Source: Paracoccaceae bacterium
Lineage (GTDB): Bacteria; Pseudomonadota; Alphaproteobacteria; Rhodobacterales; Rhodobacteraceae
NCBI GenBank assembly: GCA_036740275.1
Contig: DAINEH010000022.1
Location: 609 to 64,608, forward strand
Length of the DNA: 64,000 bases
Direction: 5' to 3'
The position numbers were made by a program, and so were the translations under genes. The notes under the pieces are model-generated. The model saw only the letters and a program-made list of their open reading frames with translations. It made no database searches and was not told the DNA's origin. This document shows positions 51,541 to 62,527 of this stretch, in pieces; positions within the stretch are counted from its first letter, which is position 1; every line of letters begins with the position of its first letter.

Positions 51541-53108
51541 GGCCGCCACCCCATCGGCCCTTCCTTCAAGAGCGACAGCGGCATGAGTTTCGCATCCGGC
51601 GCGATCTTCACCCGGCCCTGTGACGCGGCGGCGATGTCACGCTCAGGCTCGATCCCCGGCATGATCTCGGTCGCGACAAGGCCCTTGTCGCCCAGCCGCA
51701 TCACGCAGCGTTCGGTGACATAGAGCACCTCCTGCCCGATCTGGCGCGCGCGGCGGCCCGAGAAGGTGACATGCTCCACCTGCTCCACCATTTTGGTGAA
51801 CTTGCCGGGCTTGGCGACCTTCAGCCCCTCTGCCGTCAGCTCGATTTCTGCCCCGGCCTCGAACCAGCCCGAATAGACAATCTTTTTCGCATGCGAGGTG
51901 ATGTCGACAAAGCCGCCGCAACCGGCGGTCAGGTAGGGCTTCTTGCCCAGTTTGGAGACGTTGACGTTGCCCTCCACATCGACCTCAAGGAACGACAGGA
52001 ATGACATGTCGAAGCCCGCGCCCTGGAAGTAGATGAACTGCTGCGGCGAGGGGACGAAACCGTCGGCGTTGGAGGCGCAGCCGAAGGCGAAGCCGGTCAG
52101 CGGCATGCCGCCCACGGCGCCTTGTTCGATGACCCAGGTCACGGCCTCGGGGTGGCCCTCCTCCAGGAGGATACGCGGCACCATGGCGGAGATACCGAAG
52201 CCAAGGTTCGCCGCCATCCCGGCGCGAAGCTCCATCGCGGCGCGGCGGGCGATGATCTTTTCGACGCCATGCTCGGCAAGTTTGAAGCTCGCCCAAGGCC
52301 GCATGATCTGGCCGGAGATCGCCGGGTCATAGGGCGTCTCGCAGGTCTGTTTCTGATGCGGGTCGACTACGATCAGGTCGATCAGGTGCCCCGGCAGCCG
52401 CACGTCATGGGGTCGGAGGCTGCCGCGCTTGGTGACACGGGAAACCTGCGCGATGACAAGGCCACCGTGATTCTTCACGCAGATCGCCTGCTCCAGCCCG
52501 CCGAGATAGGCGCCCTCATGTTCATAGGTCAGGTTGCCATGCTCATCCGCCGTGGTGGCGCGGAGGATGCAGACGTTGGGCACGATATTGGGGAAATGGA
52601 GCCAGGTGTCGCCGTCAAATTCAACGCGCCGGACGATGGGCGCCGCCGCGCCCCTATCGTTCATGGCGCAGCCTTCGCGGATCGGGTCGGCGAAGGTGTC
52701 GAAGCCAACCTTGGTCAGCACGCCGGGGCGGCGCGCGGCGGCTTCGCGGTGCATGTCGAACATGATGCCGGAGGGCACGTTATAGGCCGCGACCCGTTCC
52801 TCGACGATCATCTTCCAGATTTCCGGCATCGGCAGGCTGGAGGGGCCGGAGGGGTAGGAGCCGGCGAGGACACGGGCCAGAAGCCCGTCCTTGGCGATAT
52901 GGTCCATGCCCTTCACGCCGTACATGTCGCCCGCCGCGATCGGGTGGAGCGTCGTCAGGTTGCGGGGATGGCCTTCGGCATCGAAGCGCTCGCCGATGGC
53001 TTGAAGCACCAGATCCGGGCAGCCGAGCGAGGAGGAGGAGGAGACGGTGACGACCGCGCCATCCGGGATGCGCCCGACGGCTTCGACGGCGCTGACGATC
53101 TTGCTCAT
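51537..53108 (-). CDS. Family I acyl-CoA:acetate/3-ketoacid CoA-transferase (fused alpha/beta, YdiF-like)
   Basis: 523 aa. By-eye parallel to E. coli YdiF along its length (..IRATTADEHGNLTYE.., ..GFVDITS..). Confidence 0.8.
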   Translation of the reverse strand: MSKIVSAVEAVGRIPDGAVVTVSSSSSLGCPDLVLQAIGERFDAEGHPRNLTTLHPIAAGDMYGVKGMDHIAKDGLLARVLAGSYPSGPSSLPMPEIWKMIVEERVAAYNVPSGIMFDMHREAAARRPGVLTKVGFDTFADPIREGCAMNDRGAAAPIVRRVEFDGDTWLHFPNIVPNVCILRATTADEHGNLTYEHEGAYLGGLEQAICVKNHGGLVIAQVSRVTKRGSLRPHDVRLPGHLIDLIVVDPHQKQTCETPYDPAISGQIMRPWASFKLAEHGVEKIIARRAAMELRAGMAANLGFGISAMVPRILLEEGHPEAVTWVIEQGAVGGMPLTGFAFGCASNADGFVPSPQQFIYFQGAGFDMSFLSFLEVDVEGNVNVSKLGKKPYLTAGCGGFVDITSHAKKIVYSGWFEAGAEIELTAEGLKVAKPGKFTKMVEQVEHVTFSGRRARQIGQEVLYVTERCVMRLGDKGLVATEIMPGIEPERDIAAASQGRVKIAPDAKLMPLSLLKEGPMGWRP

Positions 53109-54109
53109 TTCGCGGCTCCGTAGTTGACGGTCTGGCGTTTGCCGCTCGCCGCCGCCTCGCGCACTGCGAAGGCAACGGCGAGCGACTTGACCCCGTCCCA
53201 GCCGGTTGCTGCGGGCTTGCCCTTCCCCTGAACTGCGGCGACGAATTCACCGACGCCCCGCCCGTAGAGGTCATGCGCCGGGTAGGGGACGGTTGCGCGG
53301 CCGGCCTTCGTGACCAATTCAATCTCGCCCACCGGCCTCTGAGTCATCACGCCGCGCGCGAAGATCGAGCCTTCGGTGCCGTGGACCTCAAACCCCGATC
53401 CGGCGAAGGGGTGGGTGAAGCTTTCATGGCTCATCACCATGGCGCCCGAGGGCATGGTCCAGACCGACATGGCGCTGTCCTCGACCCCCTCGCCCATGCC
53501 GGAGGCGGTCATCTGCGCGACGACGGTTTCCGGGTCTTCGCCCAAAAGGAAGCGGGTCACATCGGCGTCGTGGACGGTAATGTCGGGGATTACACCGCCG
53601 CCGGCGTCGGCGGAATTGATGCGCCAGCCTTGCAGGTTCTCCGGCAGGTGGACGGCGTGGAAGAGGCGGAGCGACAGAACCTTGCCGATGCGACCAGAGG
53701 CGATCAGGTCGCGCACCGCCCGGTGGCTGCCGGAACAGCGCAGGTGGTGGTTGGTGGCGAAGACGACGCCGGCCTTTTCGGCCGCCGCAACCATTTCGGC
53801 GGCATCGGCGACCGTCATGGCGAGCGGTTTTTCGCAAAGCACGTGCTTGCCGACGGCGATGGCTGCGAGCGCTTGCGACAGGTGCTTTTCATTGGTCGTC
53901 GAGATGTAGACGGCTTCGACCGCCGGATCGGCCAGAGCCTCACCAAGGTCGGTGAAGGACTTGGGGATGCCATGCTCGCGGGCATAGTCGGCGCCGCGCG
54001 CGGCAGACCCGCTGAGGACGCTGACGATTTCACCGCCGTCTTGCGCCCGGATGGCGCGGATCATGTATTGCGCGGCAATGGTGCTGGCACCGATCAAAGC
54101 CCATTTCAT
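53105..54109 (-). CDS. Gfo/Idh/MocA-family NAD(P) oxidoreductase (1,5-anhydro-D-fructose reductase-like subgroup, tentative)
   Basis: 334 aa. Motifs WALIGASTIA..., HVLCEKPLAMT, FATNHHLR and GGGVIPDITVHDAD. It strongly resembles my recollection of Sinorhizobium AFR. First gene of the operon. Confidence 0.8.
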   Translation of the reverse strand: MKWALIGASTIAAQYMIRAIRAQDGGEIVSVLSGSAARGADYAREHGIPKSFTDLGEALADPAVEAVYISTTNEKHLSQALAAIAVGKHVLCEKPLAMTVADAAEMVAAAEKAGVVFATNHHLRCSGSHRAVRDLIASGRIGKVLSLRLFHAVHLPENLQGWRINSADAGGGVIPDITVHDADVTRFLLGEDPETVVAQMTASGMGEGVEDSAMSVWTMPSGAMVMSHESFTHPFAGSGFEVHGTEGSIFARGVMTQRPVGEIELVTKAGRATVPYPAHDLYGRGVGEFVAAVQGKGKPAATGWDGVKSLAVAFAVREAAASGKRQTVNYGAAK

Positions 54110-54126
54110 GACGGCTGCCTTTCGAT

Positions 54127-54163
54127 TTTGGAACGTTCCAAACTTTTATTATAACGTTTCAAA
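54127..54163. promoter_or_regulatory. Two LacI-type operators (O1 a perfect palindrome, O2 12/16 identical) overlapping a TATAAT box
   Basis: O1 is TTTGGAACGTTCCAAA (54127-54142), a perfect 16-bp palindrome 18 nt upstream of ATG 54109. O2 is ATTATAACGTTTCAAA (54148-54163), centred 21 bp away. On the minus strand 54153-54148 reads TATAAT. Confidence 0.6.
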
Positions 54164-54223
54164 AGCGTCAACCCGATTCTCCGTCGGGGCTATGCTTCGG
54201 CGGGGGATTGGCGTGAAGCAAAG

Positions 54224-54252
54224 AAAAAGGGCGCGGCCTGATCGCCGCGCCC
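54224..54252 (-). terminator. Rho-independent terminator of katG
   Basis: GGGCGCGGC (54229-54237) pairs with GCCGCGCCC (54244-54252), with a 6-nt loop. The minus strand continues with TTTTT (54228-54224). It lies 21 nt after the katG stop. Confidence 0.75.
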
Positions 54253-54272
54253 CAAAACTTGTTACCCGGTGA

Positions 54273-56597
<2,325 letters not shown>

Positions 56598-56641
56598 TTA
56601 GTTTAACTTGGAAGTTCTGATCGGCCTGATAAGTTCTGGTT

Positions 56642-57553
56642 ATGATAAACATGACCTTGAAGCAGCTTCGCTATGTTGACGCCTTGGCCCGACAGGGGCA
56701 CTTCGGCCGGGCAGCCGATGTCAGTGCCGTCACCCAGCCCGCCCTGTCCATGCAGATCCGCGATCTTGAGGCCTCACTCGGCACGGCACTTTTCGAACGC
56801 GGGCCGCGTGAGGTGCGCCTTACGGAGTTCGGCGAAACCTTTGTCGACCGGGCGCGCGCAATCCTCAGATCGGTCGAGGAGCTTGAGGATCTGGCGCGCG
56901 CGGCCGGAGAGCGGCTGAGCGGGCGGCTGAGAATCGGGGTCATTCCGACGATCGCGCCCTACTTCCTGCCGCGGGTGATCGGCGCGCTAAGCCGGCACTA
57001 TCCCGAGCTAGACCTGCAACTGCGCGAAACCACAACGGCGAAGCTCTTGCAGGAGATTGCCGATGGTCGGCTCGACACCGCCATCGTGGCGCTTCCGGTC
57101 TCCGAGCCGTCGCTGGTCGAGGTGCCGCTCTTCTCTGAAGATTTCGTCCTTGTCCGGCATCGTGACGAGGCGCACAAACCGGTACCCAGCCGCGAGATGC
57201 TGCGCGAAATGCGGCTTCTCCTGCTGGAGGAGGGCCACTGCTTCCGCGACCAGGCGCTGTCGTTCTGCGACATGGCCGGCGCGCGCCCGAAGGAGTTGCT
57301 CGATGGCAGTTCGCTCGCCACGCTGGTGCAGATGGTGGGCGCCGGGATCGGCGTGACGCTGATCCCGGACATGGCGGTGGCGGTCGAGACAGGATCGGCA
57401 CCTGTCGCCGTCTCGCGCTTTGCCGGGCCGCAGCCATCGCGCACCATCGGCATGGTCTGGCGCAGGACCAGCCCCCTGACCCGGCAGTTGCAACAGATCA
57501 GCGAGATCGTGAAGGACGTGGGCGAGGCTGCACTGGCTGGCGATAGCCGGTAG
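56642..57553 (+). CDS. oxyR: Hydrogen-peroxide-sensing LysR-family regulator OxyR
   Basis: HTH segment LRYVDALARQGHFGRAADVSAVTQPALSMQIRDLE. Both redox cysteines are in E. coli-like context (EEGHCFRDQALSFCDMAG). Divergent from katG. ATG 56651 is an alternative start. Confidence 0.9.
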   Translation: MINMTLKQLRYVDALARQGHFGRAADVSAVTQPALSMQIRDLEASLGTALFERGPREVRLTEFGETFVDRARAILRSVEELEDLARAAGERLSGRLRIGVIPTIAPYFLPRVIGALSRHYPELDLQLRETTTAKLLQEIADGRLDTAIVALPVSEPSLVEVPLFSEDFVLVRHRDEAHKPVPSREMLREMRLLLLEEGHCFRDQALSFCDMAGARPKELLDGSSLATLVQMVGAGIGVTLIPDMAVAVETGSAPVAVSRFAGPQPSRTIGMVWRRTSPLTRQLQQISEIVKDVGEAALAGDSR

Positions 57554-57568
57554 GGCGACCCGCAAATG

Positions 57569-57603
57569 AAAAACCCGCCGCGCGATCCGTGTCGCGCGGC
57601 GGG
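57569..57603 (-). terminator. Strong rho-independent terminator after the beta-helix gene (also closes oxyR)
   Basis: 12-bp GC stem CCCGCCGCGCGA (57574-57585) / TCGCGCGGCGGG (57592-57603) with a 6-nt loop. The minus strand continues with TTTTT (57573-57569). Confidence 0.8.
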
Positions 57604-57624
57604 GGTACGCAGCAATGGGCGGTA

Positions 57625-59295
57625 TCAGAAGCTTTCGTAGGCGCCCGCGTCCGGGGCCTTGCCCTTCGGCCGCGGCGACTTGGCGATGTCCACGGGTGGA
57701 GCCAGCGTCGGCGCGCCCTTGTCGATGGCGGTCGAGGTCGACTTCAGGGTGAAATCCTGGTTGGCGACCGAGTTGAACTCGCCCAAGGCATTTGTGACCG
57801 TGATGTTGTTGGTCTGAAGGATGCCAAGCGCCGGATTGGTCGTGACCTTGAGCGAGCTCAACAGATTGTTCGCGACGGTCACGTTCTGCGACGGTGTGCC
57901 GTTCTTGTGGTTCGACACGCGGAGCCACGGCCAGTTGCCGGTGGTCCCCATGGCGTGGACGACTGTGTTGTTGGTGATGACGCTGTTCAAGCCGCCGCCG
58001 ATGGTGATGCCGTGATATGCGGTGGACGAGATCAGGTTGTTGCGGATGACAAAGCCGTCATACATCCCGTCGAAGAGACCAATCCCCTGCAGTTTGCAGT
58101 TGATCGGGCTCCGCGCGCCGACGAACTCCAGGAACTTGTTGCCTTCGATGACGATATTGCGCACCACGCCGGTACCGATCTTTCCGGTAGGGCCCCGCGA
58201 AAAGCTCTGGATGCCGTCGATATGGGTGCCGGTGGTCTGGCGGCAGTTCTGCGCCCTGTTGCGGCGAACGACGGAGTTGTCGCCAAGCGCGCGGAATGCG
58301 TCGCCCGCGAAGCCGTCAACAATATTCTCTTCGACGAGGGCATTCTGTCCCAGTACGAAGACACCGTTGTAAACGCCGGTAAGACGGTTGCGGAAGACTG
58401 TCTGGCGCTGACCATCGATCAGGAAGCCGGAGCGCTGGTTGTTGTTCCAGTCGGTCGTGTTCCACTGCTGGTAATTCGTGGAATTGGCCGCCGCACGCAC
58501 GTCGAGATCGGAAAACACCAGGTCGCTGCTGTCATTGTAGCTGCGAACCTGCGCCACGAGGCCGTTGGCGGCTGACGTCGGCCAGACCTTGAGGCCGTTG
58601 ATGACGATCTTGCTCGATGCACGAACGTTGATGCTGTCGACATGGGCGACCTGGCCTGGCATCGACGTGATGGTCACAGGTGACGTGAACTGCAGACCAG
58701 CCAGGACCATCTGGCCATGGTAGCCGCCGAGCAGGTAGATGCGGTCGCCGCCCTGGACCTTGCCGGACTGCAGCAGCGCGCCGAGACTGTTGTAGGTCTG
58801 GCTTGCGGTCATCACAGGGGCCGGCCCCGTGGGGGTCGTTGTGGACGGCGTCGGGGGGGTGCCGGTGGAACCGGTTTGTGACGGCGCGGTGACGACGGGC
58901 GTGGTCGGAGCGGGAGCCGTCGGTGTGGTGGTGGTGGTTCCACCAGTCGTGCCGGACGCTTCCCCGTGGCCGCGGGCGCTGACCCATTTCGCGCCAGGGG
59001 AGACCGCAATCTTATGCGGTTCCTTTGTCTCCGCGCCATTCTGTGCGGTTCCGGTGGCCGGCGCGTCAGTGACGGCAACAGGAGGAATTACTGGTGGCTG
59101 AGTGACAGCGTTCTGCTCCGCGGAGGGGGCGGATACATCGTCCGGGGCGGTTGCCTGCAGCGAAATCGCGGCGACTGCCGTGTTTGCGACGGGTCCCGGG
59201 GTTAGCGGCTGCACGAAGTATTCTGCCGCACTGACCTGTGATCCCAGGATGCTCAGTCCCACGCTTGCCATGAGCAGTGACTTGACGAATGTCAT
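57625..59295 (-). CDS. Secreted right-handed parallel beta-helix repeat protein (polysaccharide lyase/epimerase-like) with a Thr/Pro-rich linker
   Basis: 556 aa. Signal peptide MTFVKSLLMASVGLSILGSQVSA. Linker ...TTGGTTTTTPTAPAPTTPVVTAPSQTGSTGTPPTPSTTTPTGPAP. Repeated PbH1-like units (..VIRNNLI.., ..VITNNTV.., ..VTVANNLL..). C-terminal PDAGAYE motif typical of beta-helix glycan enzymes. Confidence 0.8.
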   Translation of the reverse strand: MTFVKSLLMASVGLSILGSQVSAAEYFVQPLTPGPVANTAVAAISLQATAPDDVSAPSAEQNAVTQPPVIPPVAVTDAPATGTAQNGAETKEPHKIAVSPGAKWVSARGHGEASGTTGGTTTTTPTAPAPTTPVVTAPSQTGSTGTPPTPSTTTPTGPAPVMTASQTYNSLGALLQSGKVQGGDRIYLLGGYHGQMVLAGLQFTSPVTITSMPGQVAHVDSINVRASSKIVINGLKVWPTSAANGLVAQVRSYNDSSDLVFSDLDVRAAANSTNYQQWNTTDWNNNQRSGFLIDGQRQTVFRNRLTGVYNGVFVLGQNALVEENIVDGFAGDAFRALGDNSVVRRNRAQNCRQTTGTHIDGIQSFSRGPTGKIGTGVVRNIVIEGNKFLEFVGARSPINCKLQGIGLFDGMYDGFVIRNNLISSTAYHGITIGGGLNSVITNNTVVHAMGTTGNWPWLRVSNHKNGTPSQNVTVANNLLSSLKVTTNPALGILQTNNITVTNALGEFNSVANQDFTLKSTSTAIDKGAPTLAPPVDIAKSPRPKGKAPDAGAYESF

Positions 59296-59650
59296 TTGGT
59301 ATTCCTTGATCGGTGAGTGTGTCCCTGCTCAGAACAATGCCGTCCAAGATGGCAAAGTTGGGGCACAAATGCAGTCGGGGTGTGTCGCTCCGGGCGAATG
59401 AGCATAATCACGTAAGGACAATCTTAAGGTTTTCGGCGTGATGTCGCCGAAAACGTCCAGCCGCAGTTTATGCTATGGAAACAAACTCAACCGGACGTTG
59501 ATTGTTGGTTTTCTTGCGCGAGAATGGCAGTCGTCTGACAGTGCTGCACTGGGTGCGATGCCACTGCGGTCCGTTCGAATTTCCCGAAAACGGGGCGCGA
59601 ACCGCAGTCGTTCCGATCTGAGGGCTGGCGATTACTGTGGCGCAGTATCG

Positions 59651-62221
59651 TTATGCGGGCATCGTGCGGCGCATCCGGCTTCTCAGGGTCAAGAGGGTTT
59701 TCGGTTCCGGAAGATGGCGCAGCGGAACTGAGGCCGCGACGCCTAGCGCGACGCCGCCGAAGATGGCGAGAAGGTCGAAAACCGGTCCCGGCAGGATGCC
59801 CGCCAGCGGCAGCATCAGCACTTCGGGGGCGAAGCGGTGAAGGAGGTAGATCAGGAAGCTCGCGCGCGCGATTTCAAGAACGATGCGGGCTACGGCCCTC
59901 GGCATCCGGATGTGCGGCAGGTAAAGCAAGGCAGCGATCACCGCGAACTGCGCGCTATACTTGATCCAGGCGCCAAACCAGTTGCCGCCGAGGAACGCCG
60001 CAGCGGGCATCAGAAGTGCTGCCGCCGCAAGGACGGCAAGACGCCGGCCCCGGCTGTCGGCGGTCGCGGCGCACCAGCCGAAGGCGCAAAGGTAGAAGAT
60101 CCAGGGCAGCGTGAAAATCTGGCGGCCACCCAATGGCCAAAGTTCAGGCCCGACCAGCCGCGCGACGGACGCCCCGGCCAGCAGCAAGAGACCAAAGCGG
60201 AACGGCTCGGCGCCGATCAGGCGGCGGACGGTCGGGATCAGCGCCAGCAAGGCCAGTACAAGAAGAAGCTGCGTATAGGCTTCGACGAACCAGTAGAGAT
60301 AGGGCAGCATGTCCTGCCGCACCGGATCACCGAAGCCGAAATTCCCGGCAAGAAAGACCGAGACCCAGGGCACCTGCCCCCAGACCAGCGCATAGGCGAT
60401 CAGGATCAGGTAATAGGGCACGAGGACCTTCCAGAGCGGCCGCAGAAGGCCCGGAACGTCACCCGTCGCCAGAAAGCCGCGCTGGAATCGCCCGAGCCCG
60501 TAGCCGATCAGCACCACCATCGCCGCCGCACCGCCATAGGTCGGCCAGAGCGTCTGATGCTGGACCAGGACGGCGAGAATGGCGAGCGCGCGGATCAGAA
60601 GGTCGGCGCCGATGCCGGCCCCCGCCGCATTCGACGGGCCGGGCGTATGGCGAATACTGCCAAGCTCGGACAGGCTCATCCGTTCCCAGCCACGCGGCAG
60701 ATGGCCGAGGAGCCGCTCCACCTCCATCGAAAGCTCGACATGGCGAAGCGAGTCGCCGCCAAGGCTGGCGAAACTGTCGCTGGGCCGGACGGGTCGCGGA
60801 TCGAAGCAGTGCCGGAAAACGCCAGCTAGGTCGCTGCTCGCTCGTTGGGCGGGCGTGTTCTTGCGCAGGCTTTCGTAATCGACCTTGCCGGAAGCAAGGC
60901 GCGGCAGGTCCGGCACCCTTACGACGCGCACGTGGCGGTTGGTCAGCCCGGTCGCCCGGACGATGAGGTCGGCCACCTCCTCGGGGTCCTGCGCGGAGAC
61001 GTAGCTCGCCGTCAGGCCGCAGTCATCCCCGACCACGGCGGCGCGGATGCCCTGGGCGGCGAGCGCCGCCTCGACCGCATCATGGCCGACCCGAACCCCG
61101 GCGATCTTCGACATCCGCCGCAGCCGGCCGACGATCCGGTAAAGTCCGGCCTCATCACGAACTGCCAGATCGCCGGTCGCCAGCGCGTCGATCTCAGTCC
61201 CGCGCGCGAGATCGGCGCGGGTTTCGGCATAGCCCATCATCACATTGGCGCCGCGATAGATGAGTTCGCCCTCGACGCCAGGTTCTCCAATCGTGCGGCC
61301 ATCGGCGGCGCGCAAGGAAAGGCTGCCGCCGGGGATCGCGATGCCGATGCGGTCGGGCGCCTGTCCTGCCAGTTCCGGCGGCAGATAGGCGATCCGGGCG
61401 GTGGCCTCGGTCTGGCCGTACATGGCGAAGAAACGGCCATCGCGGGTGGCCATGTGGTCGTGCCAGCGCTGGACCCGGTCAGCCGCCATCGCGCCGCCCG
61501 CGACCGTCAGCATCCGAAGCCGTGGCAATGCGGCATCCTTCAGGCCGATCCGCTCAAGCAGTTCGAACGTATGCGGCACGCCGGATAGATTGGTGCAACC
61601 GGCAGACGCGAGCCCGTCAAGGAACCCCGGCGCCAGCACCGAACCCTGATGAAGCCAGAGACAGGCCCCCGCAGCGAGGTGCGAATTCAGGACCGAAAGG
61701 CCATAGGAATAGTGCAGCGGCAGGACCAGCCCGGCACGGTCCTCGGGGCCAAGTTTCAGGTACTCGGCGATGGAGCCGGCGTTGCTTTCCAGCGCCGTGC
61801 CGGAAAGGCGGACGCCCTTGCCGTGGCCGGTGCTGCCCGAGGTCATGAGGATAAGCGCGAGATCGGGGTGAATCTCGCCGCTCTGCGCCCGGCCACCAGC
61901 CAGCAGCCGCCAGCGTCCGTCCAGCCGCCGGAACTGGGACTCAGGGTGGAAGCGGTCGGCGAAGCCGCGCATGGCGTCGCTGTCACCCGAAGGTAAAAGC
62001 GCCACCGCATGTCCCGCCGCGAGGGTGCCAAGGTAGGCAGTGATCGCATGGGCCGACGCCGCCGCCTCGACCGCCACGAGCCGCCTCGGACCCGGAAGCC
62101 GGGCGGCGAAGGCTGCGGTTCGGCGGGCCAGATCGGCATAGCTGACCGTGCCTTCGCCGGGAACGATCAGCGCGGTTCGCTCTCCGTGGCGGGCAAGGTC
62201 GCGGACGAAATCGGGGATCAT
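59651..62221 (-). CDS. Tri-domain fusion: ANL adenylation domain, phosphopantetheine carrier domain, AT3-type integral-membrane acyltransferase
   Basis: 856 aa. Adenylation motifs LMTSGSTGHGKGV, MYGQTEA, ATGDLA, GRLRRMSKIAGVRVG and LASGKVDY. Carrier motif SLGGDSL. The C-terminal ~290 aa hold about 9-10 TM helices beginning LIRALAILAVLVQH (AT3-like conserved His). Confidence 0.85.
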   Translation of the reverse strand: MIPDFVRDLARHGERTALIVPGEGTVSYADLARRTAAFAARLPGPRRLVAVEAAASAHAITAYLGTLAAGHAVALLPSGDSDAMRGFADRFHPESQFRRLDGRWRLLAGGRAQSGEIHPDLALILMTSGSTGHGKGVRLSGTALESNAGSIAEYLKLGPEDRAGLVLPLHYSYGLSVLNSHLAAGACLWLHQGSVLAPGFLDGLASAGCTNLSGVPHTFELLERIGLKDAALPRLRMLTVAGGAMAADRVQRWHDHMATRDGRFFAMYGQTEATARIAYLPPELAGQAPDRIGIAIPGGSLSLRAADGRTIGEPGVEGELIYRGANVMMGYAETRADLARGTEIDALATGDLAVRDEAGLYRIVGRLRRMSKIAGVRVGHDAVEAALAAQGIRAAVVGDDCGLTASYVSAQDPEEVADLIVRATGLTNRHVRVVRVPDLPRLASGKVDYESLRKNTPAQRASSDLAGVFRHCFDPRPVRPSDSFASLGGDSLRHVELSMEVERLLGHLPRGWERMSLSELGSIRHTPGPSNAAGAGIGADLLIRALAILAVLVQHQTLWPTYGGAAAMVVLIGYGLGRFQRGFLATGDVPGLLRPLWKVLVPYYLILIAYALVWGQVPWVSVFLAGNFGFGDPVRQDMLPYLYWFVEAYTQLLLVLALLALIPTVRRLIGAEPFRFGLLLLAGASVARLVGPELWPLGGRQIFTLPWIFYLCAFGWCAATADSRGRRLAVLAAAALLMPAAAFLGGNWFGAWIKYSAQFAVIAALLYLPHIRMPRAVARIVLEIARASFLIYLLHRFAPEVLMLPLAGILPGPVFDLLAIFGGVALGVAASVPLRHLPEPKTLLTLRSRMRRTMPA

Positions 62222-62527
62222 GGACGGCGCGCCTCGGCTCAGGGTCGGGCTGAGCGCTAAGGTAGCTGATTGAAACAGTCAAGAATGAAGAAAAGTGAAA
62301 CACTCAAGAATTGATCGGCGCGAACACCCCGAAGGGCGACGCGCTGCGCCTGGCTGACCCGCAACGGGACAAGATGCCGTCAAGATATTGATCCAGGGCT
62401 GGCTGCCACCGCGCGCCAGATGCGTCCTCTCGGGCGAACCCTGAAGGGGGCTATCAATGAGAATATGGGTAATGGTGCCAGAAGAGGACTCGCAAGAACA
62501 GCGCAAGGCAATGTAATAGCTTTCGTA

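Noticed and set aside
58800-59000. A possible tandem DNA repeat or VNTR in the Thr/Pro-rich linker of the beta-helix gene (GGTGGTGGTGGT and related strings).
   Set aside because: Only short (ACC/ACG/CCG)n-type codon runs are present, with no regular repeat unit. This is compositional low complexity, not a true tandem repeat array.
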